Assembly (NCBI GenBank): GCA_964019335.1
Contig: OZ025705.1
Coordinates: 124,001-188,000, forward strand
Reading direction: 5' to 3'
Length of the DNA: 64,000 nt
From: Diplonema japonicum
Taxonomy: Eukaryota; Protista; Euglenozoa: Diplonemea
The notes below the pieces were generated by a model that made no database searches, was not told the DNA's origin, and worked only from the letters and a program-made list of their open reading frames with translations. The position numbers and the translations under genes are program-made. This document shows, one piece after another, positions 1-10,526 of the stretch (positions are counted from its first letter, which is position 1; each line of letters begins with the position of its first letter).

Positions 1-699
1 CTCAAAGAATATAAAAAAGAAATTTCTATGGAAAACAAAAAAAAAGAGGGGGACGGAGAAATGAACGCACGATAAAAAAAAAAGATGAGATAAAGGAGAC
101 TCTTGTTTTGAAACGTCCCCCTTGTCTCTACTTTTAAAAAAAACGATTCCCAATAACTTATGTCTCAAGTGCCCGTTAGCAATTTAAAAAAAAATAGAAA
201 AAAGCTGCTCAGCACAAAAAAGAAATTGCATAAGGTAAAAAAGAACATATAAGAGATAAAGGAGACCGGTGTTTCCGGCGCCCTTTTTTTTTTTAAAGAA
301 TGAAAAGATGTAATATTTTGTAACAAAAAGAAGAAGAAAAAGAACGAAAAGAAAAAAAAAATTAGACGGCCTTTTCTAAAAGAGAAATTCTGCCTTTTTT
401 TTTCTTTCCTTATTTTGTTGTATTTAAAAAATAAAAAAAAAAAAAAAAAAAAAAAAAAAGGGGAGGCGCCGCTTTTTGTTTTTTGGTTATCAAATAAGAA
501 TAAAAAAAAAATAGAGGAAATCGGCATTTTTTTTTCTTTTTTTTTTTTTTTTTAAATGCCAATATGTAACAATGCCTCCTTAATCTTGTAAAAAAAAAAA
601 TAAAATAAAATAAAAAATTTTTAAAAGCGCGCCTACCCCACAAAAAAAAATATATATATATTTATATTGTACAAATAAAAAAAAAAATCACCTTTCCAC

Positions 700-2825
700 C
701 TAGGCTCTAGAGGCAAACGACAACCAAGGTGTCTCAACAGCTTTCTTCTCCTCATACGCACGAATCTTGTCCTCCTTCTGAAGAGTAAGCTCTATGTCGT
801 CAAGCCCATTAACAAGACAGTGTTTCCTGAAAGGGTCAATCTCGAAAGGGATGGTGGTACCATCCTGCCTCTTAACCACTTGGTTGGGAAGGTCAACAGT
901 GAAAGAATGACAAGATTCAGCATCGGCCATTAGAGAGTCGTGCGCGTCCTTTCCGACAACTATGGGCAACATTCCATTCTTGAAGCAGTTGTTGTAGAAA
1001 ATATCGGCGAAGCTAGTGCTGATCATACACTTCACACCAAGGTCAAGAAGGGCCCACGGTGCGTGCTCCCTTGAGCTCCCGCAGCCGAAGTTCTCGCCAA
1101 CAACAAGAATAGACCCACCTTTGTACTCAGGTGCGTTTAAGGGAAACTCCATGTTAGGGGAACCATCGTTGTTGTACCTAATCGGCTCGAAGCAGAATTT
1201 TCCAAGGCCGGTGCGTTTAATCGTTTTCAAGTGGTTTTTCGGGATGATGATGTCGGTGTCAATGTTGACCCTCTTTATGGGGACGGCCTTGCCTGTGAGC
1301 GTGGTGAACGCGCTCATTCCAATACGCTGTTCGCCTGCGGCGGTGCTGCACTGCCTACGCTGAGACTTTCTTACATCGGAGATCTTCCCGGTGATCGCGG
1401 CCACTGCGGCCATTCCTGGCGACGCAAGATGGGTCCTCCCCCGTGCTCCTTGCCTCCCTTCGAAGTTTCTGTTGCTAGTGCTGACGCACCTTTCCTCAGG
1501 GTTCAGCTTGTCGTCGTTCATACCCAAGCACATGGAGCATCCTGGTTCACGCCAATCGAATCCTGCATCGATGAGTACATCCGCCACACCTTCCTCTTCA
1601 GCTTGCTGCTTCACAAGCCCGCTTCCCGGTACCACTAAGGCGTGCACGTTGTTCGCAACCTTCTGGCCCTTCACCACCTCGGCCACAGCTCTGAGGTCTT
1701 CGATCCTTCCGTTTGTGCAGGAGCCGATGAACACCTTGTCGATGGCGATGCCTTCGATGAGCTCGCCGCCCTGCAGGCCCATGTACTTCAGGGCGTTTGC
1801 GATGCTCGCTTTTTGCTGGTCGGTCTCTCCGTCTTGGACTTGAGGGATCTTGCCGTTGATGGGGACTACCATCTCAGGGCTGGTGCCCCATGTGATCTGC
1901 GGTGCGATATCTTCCGCCTTGAGCTCCACCACTCGGTTGAACTCTGCGTCGTGGTCGCTGTGGAGGGTCTTCCAGTAGGCAACGGCTTTGTCCCATTCGG
2001 CCTCGGTGGGCGACATGGGGCGGCCCTTGACGTAGTCGAAGGTGACCTGGTCAGGGGCCACCATCCCAGCACGGGCACCGGCCTCGATGGCCATGTTGCA
2101 GACGGTCATCCTGCCCTCCATTGACATGTTCTCCATGACGTCGCCCGCGTACTCCAGGACATGACCTGTACCGCCGCCGGTCCCGATCTTCCCGATGATG
2201 GCAAGCGCCACGTCCTTCGGCGTGACACCGACGGGTAGGGTGCCAGTCACTTTGATCAGCATGTTCTTTGCAGGCTTTTGCACGAGAGTCTGCGTTGCCA
2301 TCACGTGTTCCACTTCAGATGTCCCGATGCCAAAGGCGAGGCACCCGAAGGCACCGTGTGTCGAGGTGTGGCTGTCCCCGCACACCACAGTCATCCCTGG
2401 CAGCGTGAAGCCCTGCTCTGGGCCGATGATGTGCACGATGCCCTGCCTGATGTCGTCGATGCCCCAGAAGTTCAGTCCGAACTCCTTGGCGTTCACACGG
2501 AGCGTTTCGCACTGCAAGCGGGACTCGGCGTTGATGATGGGCTTCTTGGTCCTGCCGGTGGTGGTGGGGATGTTGTGGTCCTCCGTCACAAGAGTGAGGT
2601 CCTTCCTGCGAAGGTCACGGTTGGCGTTCTTCAGACCTTCGAAGGCCTGTGGGGACGTGACCTCGTGCACGAGATGCCTGTCGATGTAGATGAGGCAGCC
2701 GCTGTCCTCTGACTCGTCCACCACGTGGTCCCTCCACACCTTGTCGAACAGCGTCAGACCCTTCCACCGCCTCTGCCTGTGGGAAGAGAGGACGAAGCAT
2801 TTCTTCATCGTGCTGGCCTTCATCA

Positions 2826-2826
<1 letters not shown>
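700..2826 (-). CDS. LEU1: 3-isopropylmalate dehydratase, fused large+small subunit (LeuC-LeuD, LEU1-type), with probable N-terminal mitochondrial presequence
   Basis: LeuC motifs [58 protein letters not shown] followed by LeuD motifs [39 protein letters not shown]. Confidence 0.97.
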
Positions 2827-2871
<45 letters not shown>

Positions 2872-3027
2872 GTGCGAAAAAAAAAACCTTATGTTGGGCT
2901 TAAAAGAAAATTGTCAAGATGGTCAGAGCAATAACTAACGTTTATTCAGGCAGTGTTAAAGGGTGTCTGTGTTGGTGTCAGATCACATTTCTTCTTTTTT
3001 TTTCTTCTTCTTTTTTTCTTTTTTTTT

Positions 3028-3978
3028 CTAAACCCCCCGCGTCTTCTCAAGCCACTGCAAAAGCCAAGCGTTCAGCTCCTCCGGTTTATGTGTAGGGATC
3101 CAGTGGTCGCAATCAAACGTTTTCGTCTCGCAGTTCTGGGTCGCCTCCAGCTCTGTAATCCACGATGGCCCGTGAAAGGGCACGGGCTTGAGGAGGCCAT
3201 GGCCGTAGGCAACAGGAACGGAACGGTGTGGGTAGAGATTCTGCTGGTAGTTGAACGTCCAGACTTTCTTCTGCATATGGAAATAAGGAAAGTTAAGCGT
3301 GGAGGGACACTCCGAAAGAGGCCGTGATTTGTAATTCGCCAGCTTCAAGAACGCCTTGTTCATGAAGCCCCCTAGCAGGCCACCAAGCATGAACGCCACA
3401 ACATTGTAATTCTGGTAAGAGAGGAAAAAGAGCTTCGTCGCCACATCGGGTTCCTGAATACCACCGATGTCCAATGCGATAATGCGCTTGACCATTGAGG
3501 GGCATTTGGCCTGAAGGGTGTAGCCCCACAAGCACCCCCAGTCGTGGAGTAATAATGTTACTTTTTTGGAGGTTGTGTTGTTCTCGATTACCATTTTCAG
3601 CTTCAGGCCCATTTCTTCATGGCTGATGCCGTATGTCCCTGCCGTCTCGCCCTTTTGGAAACCGGGCCCCGTAACGATTAAGCATCGGTAGCCTTGCTGG
3701 GTTAACGCCTCAACCTGCTTGTCCCATAGCTTACCGCAGTCGGGCCACCCGTGAACTAGTAAGATTGTGTCTTTGGCAATGCTCTCTGAAGGGCCTGCTG
3801 TTTGAACTGAATACTCTGTTGAAACCGTCGGTTTCTTTTGAAACATTCTGCCGATGAACCAAAACGGGAGCGTCAGGAAGCGGAGCAGCAAGCATACAGG
3901 CACGACGACGAACCATGCTGGGAAGGTCACCCGCAAGAAAATTTTGACGATGCTGGGGTTGTAGGGAGAGGGTGTCAT
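3028..3978 (-). CDS. alpha/beta-fold hydrolase (epoxide hydrolase-like) with N-terminal membrane anchor
   Basis: LLVHGWPD oxyanion motif, HDWG nucleophile elbow, C-terminal DHW catalytic His; hydrophobic N-terminus. Confidence 0.85.
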   Translation of the reverse strand: MTPSPYNPSIVKIFLRVTFPAWFVVVPVCLLLRFLTLPFWFIGRMFQKKPTVSTEYSVQTAGPSESIAKDTILLVHGWPDCGKLWDKQVEALTQQGYRCLIVTGPGFQKGETAGTYGISHEEMGLKLKMVIENNTTSKKVTLLLHDWGCLWGYTLQAKCPSMVKRIIALDIGGIQEPDVATKLFFLSYQNYNVVAFMLGGLLGGFMNKAFLKLANYKSRPLSECPSTLNFPYFHMQKKVWTFNYQQNLYPHRSVPVAYGHGLLKPVPFHGPSWITELEATQNCETKTFDCDHWIPTHKPEELNAWLLQWLEKTRGV

Positions 3979-4075
3979 CTTTTTTTTTGTTTTTTCCCCC
4001 TCTTTTTAAAAACCTATGGCGAGCATGTGGGGAGGGAGAAAATGCCAATGAAGTACTGTAATAAGAAAAAAAAAT

Positions 4076-4540
4076 TCAAATCAAGGGGACAAGACAGCTG
4101 TTTACGACCTCGAGCAATTTACTGTTCTCAAGTGCTGCTGCCACGCGCTCCTTGTCGTTGAGCTGCTTGTTCACGGCCACCTCCTGATCATGGGTGCCTG
4201 GTGATATTTTCAAATCTACCTTGAATCGGTTGGGAAGTGTCCGCAGCAATTTCACGCGCACGCACAACCCTATGAGCGTGGCCTGGCTGCAGTGTGTGAC
4301 TGTGGGTGTGATCCACACCAAAATGTTATCCTCATCCCTCATCTCCACCCCCTCCAGGGACAGAACCTTCAGCTGCTCCAGCGTGTTTGGGTGCTCCGGG
4401 TCCCTCACACCTCTTATCAACTCAAACACTTCCAACTTGTCAATCCCCTCGGGTGTGTCCTCATCGTCCACATCTCCGCTCTCTCTCACTATTTCCGATA
4501 CTTCAAAAATATCCGGGTTCGGGTTAATCAGCTCTGCCAT
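4076..4540 (-). CDS. CIA2: cytosolic Fe-S assembly component CIA2/FAM96/MIP18 family
   Basis: [50 protein letters not shown]; true start MAELINPNP at 4540 after a poly(A) tract. Confidence 0.95.
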   Translation of the reverse strand: MAELINPNPDIFEVSEIVRESGDVDDEDTPEGIDKLEVFELIRGVRDPEHPNTLEQLKVLSLEGVEMRDEDNILVWITPTVTHCSQATLIGLCVRVKLLRTLPNRFKVDLKISPGTHDQEVAVNKQLNDKERVAAALENSKLLEVVNSCLVPLI

Positions 4541-4966
4541 TTTATTATTTTTTTTTTTTTTTTTATTTTCCCCTGTTAGAATTCTTTGTTCCCCTCCTCC
4601 CCCCGAATCTTTTTTCTTCAACAGTTGGAAAAGAAAAAAGTGCATACACACTTCTTATTAAAAAAAAAAAGGAAATTTTCTTCGCACCCCCAACTCGCTC
4701 AATCCCCCCCCCCAAAAAAAAGAGTCGGTTTGATTGTTGTGTGCATACGCCAGGGATTATTAACCTGTAGAAGGATAAAGGCCCCAACAATGCTTACCCA
4801 CTTTGTTTTCTTTTTTCTTCTTCTTTTTTTTTTAAAGCAAATAACAATTCACTATCAATAATATTGTTTTTTTTCCCCCCCCTTCTTTTTCTTGTTCAAA
4901 AAAAAAATCTATAGATCCACGTCCCCCCCGCATTATTATTTTCTCATTTTTTTTTCTTTCCCCCTT

Positions 4967-7833
4967 TCAACGCGGCGGGGGTGGTGGTGGTGGTGGAGGA
5001 GCTGCCCGTGTAGGGTCGACCTTGGACATAATGTCCACAGGGAAAGCAGGAGGGAGCAAATTCACGACAGACGGCCATTGATGGCCCGTAAACTCCTTCA
5101 GGCGTGCGAGGAAAGCCACAATTCCGGGAACTATCGACCCGGGCCGCGTGTGCAGACCTGCAACAGCAGTACCAAACGCAACAATAGGCTGCGGGCTAGA
5201 ACAGAGAGAGAAGTGCGTGTTGAGGATCTCAAGGAAACCCTGGAAAGCCAGCTCCTTGAGCCTACCTTCACGCTCTCTGCTAATGTGCCACCCTAGGCCT
5301 TCGATAAAACTGTTCACATCCCCAACACTGTCTGGCGCAGCGAGCCCGCACACCCCAAGACACATGGCCGCGCTCTGCAGTGCTTGGGAATGAAACTGCC
5401 TCTCTAGCATCAACCCCGCCAATCTTCTCGATACCACCGCAACCACATGCCTTGTGTCAACACCACACATCTTCATGGCGAACAACACCTGTAAGAAGAA
5501 GATGAAGAAGAGTTATTTGTTGTTGCCCCGGCATATACCTCGCGAAGCAAGTCCATCGCCGCAATGGCCACAGGATCATCAACACTCGTGAAGCCCAAAA
5601 TCCTCTCCAGATGCAGCACCAGCGATGCGGCCACGTCCTTGTTGGGGGGAAAAAAAAAGAAGTTACGTTGTCCAAGTAATTGAGCTGCATACCGGAAACT
5701 GCCTCACGCATTCAGCAAGGAACTCGAACGAGGAGCCGATGACAGGCCGTTCGACGTTCTGTTTCGGGTGATAAGGAATTCGGGTTTTTTGTTATTCTTG
5801 CATACCAGTTCTGGTTTTACGATGGGCAACACAGCCATGTCCAGCATGGTGGCGCCCTTGGCTTGCGTTGTAATCAGAGCCTTGGTCTGCTCGGGCAGTT
5901 CGTGCACCAATGTACAAAGGAACACAAATGCAAACTGGGTGTGATTCCACTCGGGGCTCGCATTGGGCCCCGAGAAAAGCATCTCGTAGTAGTTTCCAAC
6001 GAGCCCTTGCAGGAAGGCGTAAGTAGACGGCAGGTACTGCGTGAAAGACGGTCCAAGACCCTGACACATGTACCGAACGGTGAGGAGCAGTCTGGGGAGA
6101 ACAGGGCTGTCCTCCCGAGTGCTCCGCAACATCTCAATCACGGGTTTGAACACCAGTTCGTGTGCCTTCTGTGTGTTCATTTCCTCCCTTGCACCCATCA
6201 CAAGTGCACTGATTGCATCCAACAAAATCACCAAGTTCCGTGTGGTGTACCTACCTGGGGTGACAAGCTCCGACAACTTCTCAATTATAGGCACCACCAA
6301 CCCTTCACTAATCACCTTCCTAATGTTGTGTTCCATCAAACCCGCAAAGCTTGAAACAGCCATCTCTTGAAGCCTCCGCTTGGGCATCCCCATACACTGC
6401 AGGAGAAGCTTCACATACCGTGTGAAGATACTGGTGTCGGGGTGGGAGCAGATGAAATGTTCATATCGGGAAAGCGACCAACATGTGATGGATGAGACAA
6501 GGTAGTGGGTAGAGGTGTTCTCTGCCAATGCGAAGAGTTGTGGGATCATAACAGGCAGGAGGGGGAGGAATGCTTCGTAAGATCCTTCAGAGAGCGCACC
6601 GAGAAGGAGTACCCCGCACTCCTGGACGCGCCATTCGGGTGATTTGAGACGGGTGTCGATTTCGGATAATAACCAGTTCTGAGGGTGGCCCATGGGTGAG
6701 ATAACGGCTTCTCTAAGAACCGCAGAGAGATGGTCGACAGCAGAAGCGGCAGCTTTGCGAGGAGTCCATTGGTCCACATCCTCGATATCGTCACTATTGT
6801 CGCCGAATCGTGACATGCTGCAGGGTTTGATGTCGTCCTTCTCGTCAGCCTCGTCCATCATGGCGATCTCTAGCTCGCTGTACAGCATTTTCCCCATTAA
6901 CACGTTCAACAGGTCGCCCAGCGTGCCCTGTGTAGAGGCGATCTTCTTGACCAGCGTTCGGATGGAACAGAACTCGTTCCAGTACTCACAGGCTTCCATG
7001 GCGAGGTTTTCGTCCGACGACTGCGCGGCCTTGAACACAACAGGGAGGATCTCCGAGAACCCGGGTTCGATGCGAATCAGTTCGTTATAGTAGCTTAGAA
7101 GAAGCCGGTAGATACGGACTGCTTCGGGTAGGTACATAGGATGCGCGGAGGTTGCGGCATGTAGTAGTTGAAGGATCTGAGGAAGGCTTTCAGTTACGAA
7201 TTTGTCGATTCCTGATGAGGGGGACACCAGGCTGTCGGATTCCAACATGTAGCCCACCGCGCGAAGTGCTTCGATGGTGCCTTGATCTTGCGAACTATAA
7301 TTCGATCCGATGAAATTCAACAAATTGCCGCACACCACTCTGCCCTGATCGCCTGTGTCGATTTGTGCTGCGTTGTCTTCTGCTATTTCTTTCACGCACC
7401 TTATGATGCCAGGAGCGTGGGCTGGGTTGCTTGTCAATGGCCATAGATGGGTGAATATGTCCGGCCATATTGCCAGGCCTTGTGTTCTTATTAAGGTAGA
7501 GATGCAGGTGGAGGCTGCTTTGAGGATTGCTTTGTCTGATGGGGATCCGAGGATCGAGATGAGGCCTTGTTTCATGTCCGTGACGATTGGTTCCACAGCT
7601 TCTTTGTAATATTTCTTTGTGTTCTCTTTTAGTTGCATGAGCGCCAAGGATCGTGCCCTTGTGTCTACCCCTTGCGCTGCGGCGCCTACGGCCAGGAGGC
7701 ATTTGTTGAAAACCGCGTTGTTTGAATGGGTTTGAAGCCACTCCACCAGTTCCCCTTGCACCCTCGGGTCAGGGTTAAGCCCGGCCTGCAGCCGCCTTGC
7801 CACGTCCTGGAGCTGCTCAACGGTGGGCTCCAT
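4967..7833 (-). CDS. TNPO1: transportin / importin-beta2 (karyopherin), 4 exons, ~904 aa
   Basis: HEAT-repeat karyopherin with AMEACEYW, acidic loop and WTPRKAAASAVDHLS. Exons 7833-5806, 5758-5693, 5637-5539, 5488-4967 joined by phase-0 GT-AG introns 5759-5805, 5638-5692, 5489-5538 give one open frame of typical transportin length. Confidence 0.9.
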
Positions 7834-8128
7834 TTCCCCTCCCCCCAATTTTTTTTTTTTTTCCTCCTATTTTTTTTTTCAAACTAAATCACGCAGAGTT
7901 TTTGGACTTGACACAGAAAAGTGGAAAAAAAAAATCCAGGTCAGCTTTTTTTCTTGAGGGGGAGGGGGGTTCATTTTTTTCCAAGAAAAAAGGGGGGGGG
8001 TGGGAAATGGGGATAACAATAAAAAACACTGCTGTTCTACACTTTTTCATACAACCCCCCCCCCCCCCCCCCCCTCTCCACACACTTCTACTTTTAAAAA
8101 AAATAAATAAATAACCCTCTTCTCAATA

Positions 8129-9073
8129 TCATTCTGTTTTGCTTCGTTTGCTAGGGGGTTCTACCGGGTCCTCTGCGTCTCTCTTAGCCGGGCTGGGCTC
8201 GGTAGCAGCGGCTCCATCAGGCTTGCTTTCCTCTTCAGGGTGCGCAACGGAAAGACCATGGACGAGGATGCTATTGCAAACCTCATCAAAATTGGCTCTA
8301 AAAGGGCGGTAGATAGAAAGCTGGCGGGCTTGGCGCTCTCGAAGGGCGGCCCGGGTTGTAGGGGTGTGCTTTGAAGGAATCCAGTGGATTGGGGGTTCTG
8401 TGGTAGTCACGAGATAATGGGAAAGGAGAAATTCTTGCTCGTGAATGATCATGTCCGACCAGGATTCTCTGAGAGCTTCTATTCTGTGGGAAAGCTTTGC
8501 AAGAAGTTCGTTGTAAGTGATTTTGTTTGTTTTTAAATTTTCGATTTCTTGCGCCCTGACCGCTGCGTCCTGCTGCTCTTGTTTTTTCGACACTTTCTCT
8601 TCCACGACACGGAGTTGGTCCATTCTCTTCCTTTCAAGGTTTTCCTTTGCTAGTTTTTCCTTTTGTGTTTTTAGAATGCTGAGCATTCCGTTCAGCATTC
8701 GTTGCCCCCGCCGACCGTTCATTTTCATCTTTGGTGTCTCCTCCTGTTGTTTGTCATCTGGTTGTTGTTCGCCGGCGATTACATTTTCTTCGGCTTCCTT
8801 ACTCCTCACTTTGGAATCTCTTACTTCTTTGTCAGCCTTTGCCCTTCGTACCTCGGCCAGTTCCAGGTACTCTTCTTTTTTCTTTATCGCTACGAGTTTC
8901 AGCTCCACCTCCTTGTGTTTCCCCTCCAAAGCAACAATCTCCTTCCACACGATCAGTTTCTCCCTCCGCGTGAGGGGCGCAACGGGTTCTCCCTGTACCC
9001 CGTCTGCAACTTCCACCTCCATAGATGATCGAGATGATTTTGAGGAATTGCTTGAGCTTCTTTCCCTACTCAT
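8129..9073 (-). CDS. pinin/SDK/MemA-domain protein (EJC/PSAP-associated splicing factor-like)
   Basis: Ser/Arg-rich N-terminus, coiled coil, RRGQRMLNGML and YLVTTTEPPIHWIPSKHT resembling the pinin domain; start MSRERS at 9073. Confidence 0.65.
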   Translation of the reverse strand: MSRERSSSNSSKSSRSSMEVEVADGVQGEPVAPLTRREKLIVWKEIVALEGKHKEVELKLVAIKKKEEYLELAEVRRAKADKEVRDSKVRSKEAEENVIAGEQQPDDKQQEETPKMKMNGRRGQRMLNGMLSILKTQKEKLAKENLERKRMDQLRVVEEKVSKKQEQQDAAVRAQEIENLKTNKITYNELLAKLSHRIEALRESWSDMIIHEQEFLLSHYLVTTTEPPIHWIPSKHTPTTRAALRERQARQLSIYRPFRANFDEVCNSILVHGLSVAHPEEESKPDGAAATEPSPAKRDAEDPVEPPSKRSKTE

Positions 9074-9315
9074 TGTGTTTTTTTTTCCCCTCTTTTTTTT
9101 CTTTTTTAAAGTCCTTTTTTTTTTTTTTTTTTTTACATGTGTTCGTTGGTCACAAAAAGCGAGGGGGGGGGGGGGGGGGGAAGGAAAAGAAGAGAGGAAA
9201 AAAAAAAAAAAAAAAAAACTACAAAATTGAAACGGAAGAAGGCATGACCGAAGCAAAAAAAAAAAAAAAAAAAAAAAAAATCTCTTTTTCCTTCTTTTTT
9301 GTGCACACGAGCGGG

Positions 9316-9362
<47 letters not shown>

Positions 9363-9440
9363 GCCAACTAATAGGGGGAGGTTTTTTTTTAAAAGTACTA
9401 CGCAACAAAACTGTGAGAAATAGAAAAAAAAAATAAATAA

Positions 9441-9592
9441 AAATTCACTATGATAGGAACGAAGTGGATAGCAACGGCCCGCAAATAATAAAGGTGAAGG
9501 CCCTGTGTTTCACTGTTTGGAAAGGTCTGTCAATTACGACACCCTCCCTGGAGAAAACTCACAGTGTCATCCATCAGACTTCACGTGAATTT
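9441..9592 (+). mobile_element. ~150-bp MITE-like element (repeat family B), AATT-CAC...GTG-AATT
   Basis: Begins AAATTCACTATGA, ends TCACGTGAATTT (inverted ends). The first ~42 nt recur at 52371-52412, with shorter matches at 23648, 16121, 16580, 4846. Confidence 0.5.
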
Positions 9593-9772
9593 ACAAAAAA
9601 AGAAAAAAAAAATATCATGGGAAAGAGAAAAGGAACAGACAGTATTCTTTTTTTTTTCTTCCTTGTAGTGTAAGGCCCCCCCCCGTAGTTCTTCTTTTCC
9701 TTCCCCCCCCCCCCCCCCCCTGCTCTGAGGGACAAGGAAAGAAGAAGATGGGGGAGGGGAAACAAAAAAAAA

Positions 9773-10156
9773 GTATATGAGTTAAAGGAGGCCGGTGTTG
9801 GCGGCGCCCTGCACAAGAACTGTCTACTTGATTACAGGGGGCGCGTCGCGGCCGAGTTGTAGCTTCTTCTGCGTTCCGCGTCGTGTCCTTAATGCGTGCG
9901 GTGTACAGCTCAACCCCAGCCGGTGCGTCCCGGGTAACCAAGATTCTGCGCTCGTGCAGTTTGCTGCCTGTTCGTCACCCTGAGCATCTGCATTATGTTC
10001 TTCCACTCGGGCGCTACCGGTGATGACCGACGAGGAGGTCAACAGCGAACAACACATCTGATGTACTTCTTATATTTCCATGTTATCCCCACCACCTTGA
10101 AAAAGAGATGAGATAAAGGAGGTTCCTGTCTTGGAACGTCCCCCTTGTCTCTACTT
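9773..10156 (+). repeat. two copies of dispersed repeat family A (GAGATAAAGGAG.../GAGTTAAAGGAG...) bracketing a decayed coding-like segment
   Basis: 9773-9840 resembles 247-283, 20808-20846 and 48658-48712; 10105-10156 resembles 83-134. Confidence 0.55.
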
Positions 10157-10455
10157 ATCTACTTATCTACCCCTTTCTCCCTTCTGGGGCCTCGGCCTTT
10201 CTTTCTTTTTTGGCTGTGTTGCCTTCCTCAAAGTATCCTCTCTTTCTTCTTGCCACTTCCTGCCTGAAAAAAAAAATCTAAAAGCCCGCTCGGGAGGAAC
10301 AACAAAATTCAAAAAAAAAAAAAAAATCACCCTCAAAATTTATTGAAACCGTGATTTTTTTTTTTTTTTTCCCACCAAATAAAAAACTTGATGACAACAA
10401 CGAAAAAGAAAAAAAAATTCAATTGGCTTCGAAGCACTCCCCCTCTACAGGAGGA

Positions 10456-10502
<47 letters not shown>

Positions 10503-10526
10503 GACATGTCCCTGCACTTTAAAAAA

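Noticed and set aside
165-643. Phe/Lys-rich ORFs here and throughout the intergenic regions
   Set aside because: They are translations of poly(T)/poly(A) runs, not proteins. The same applies to poly-K/F N-terminal extensions on real ORFs.
1016-2938. Many + strand ORFs overlapping LEU1 and other genes
   Set aside because: Antisense shadows of GC3-rich coding sequence; no motifs.
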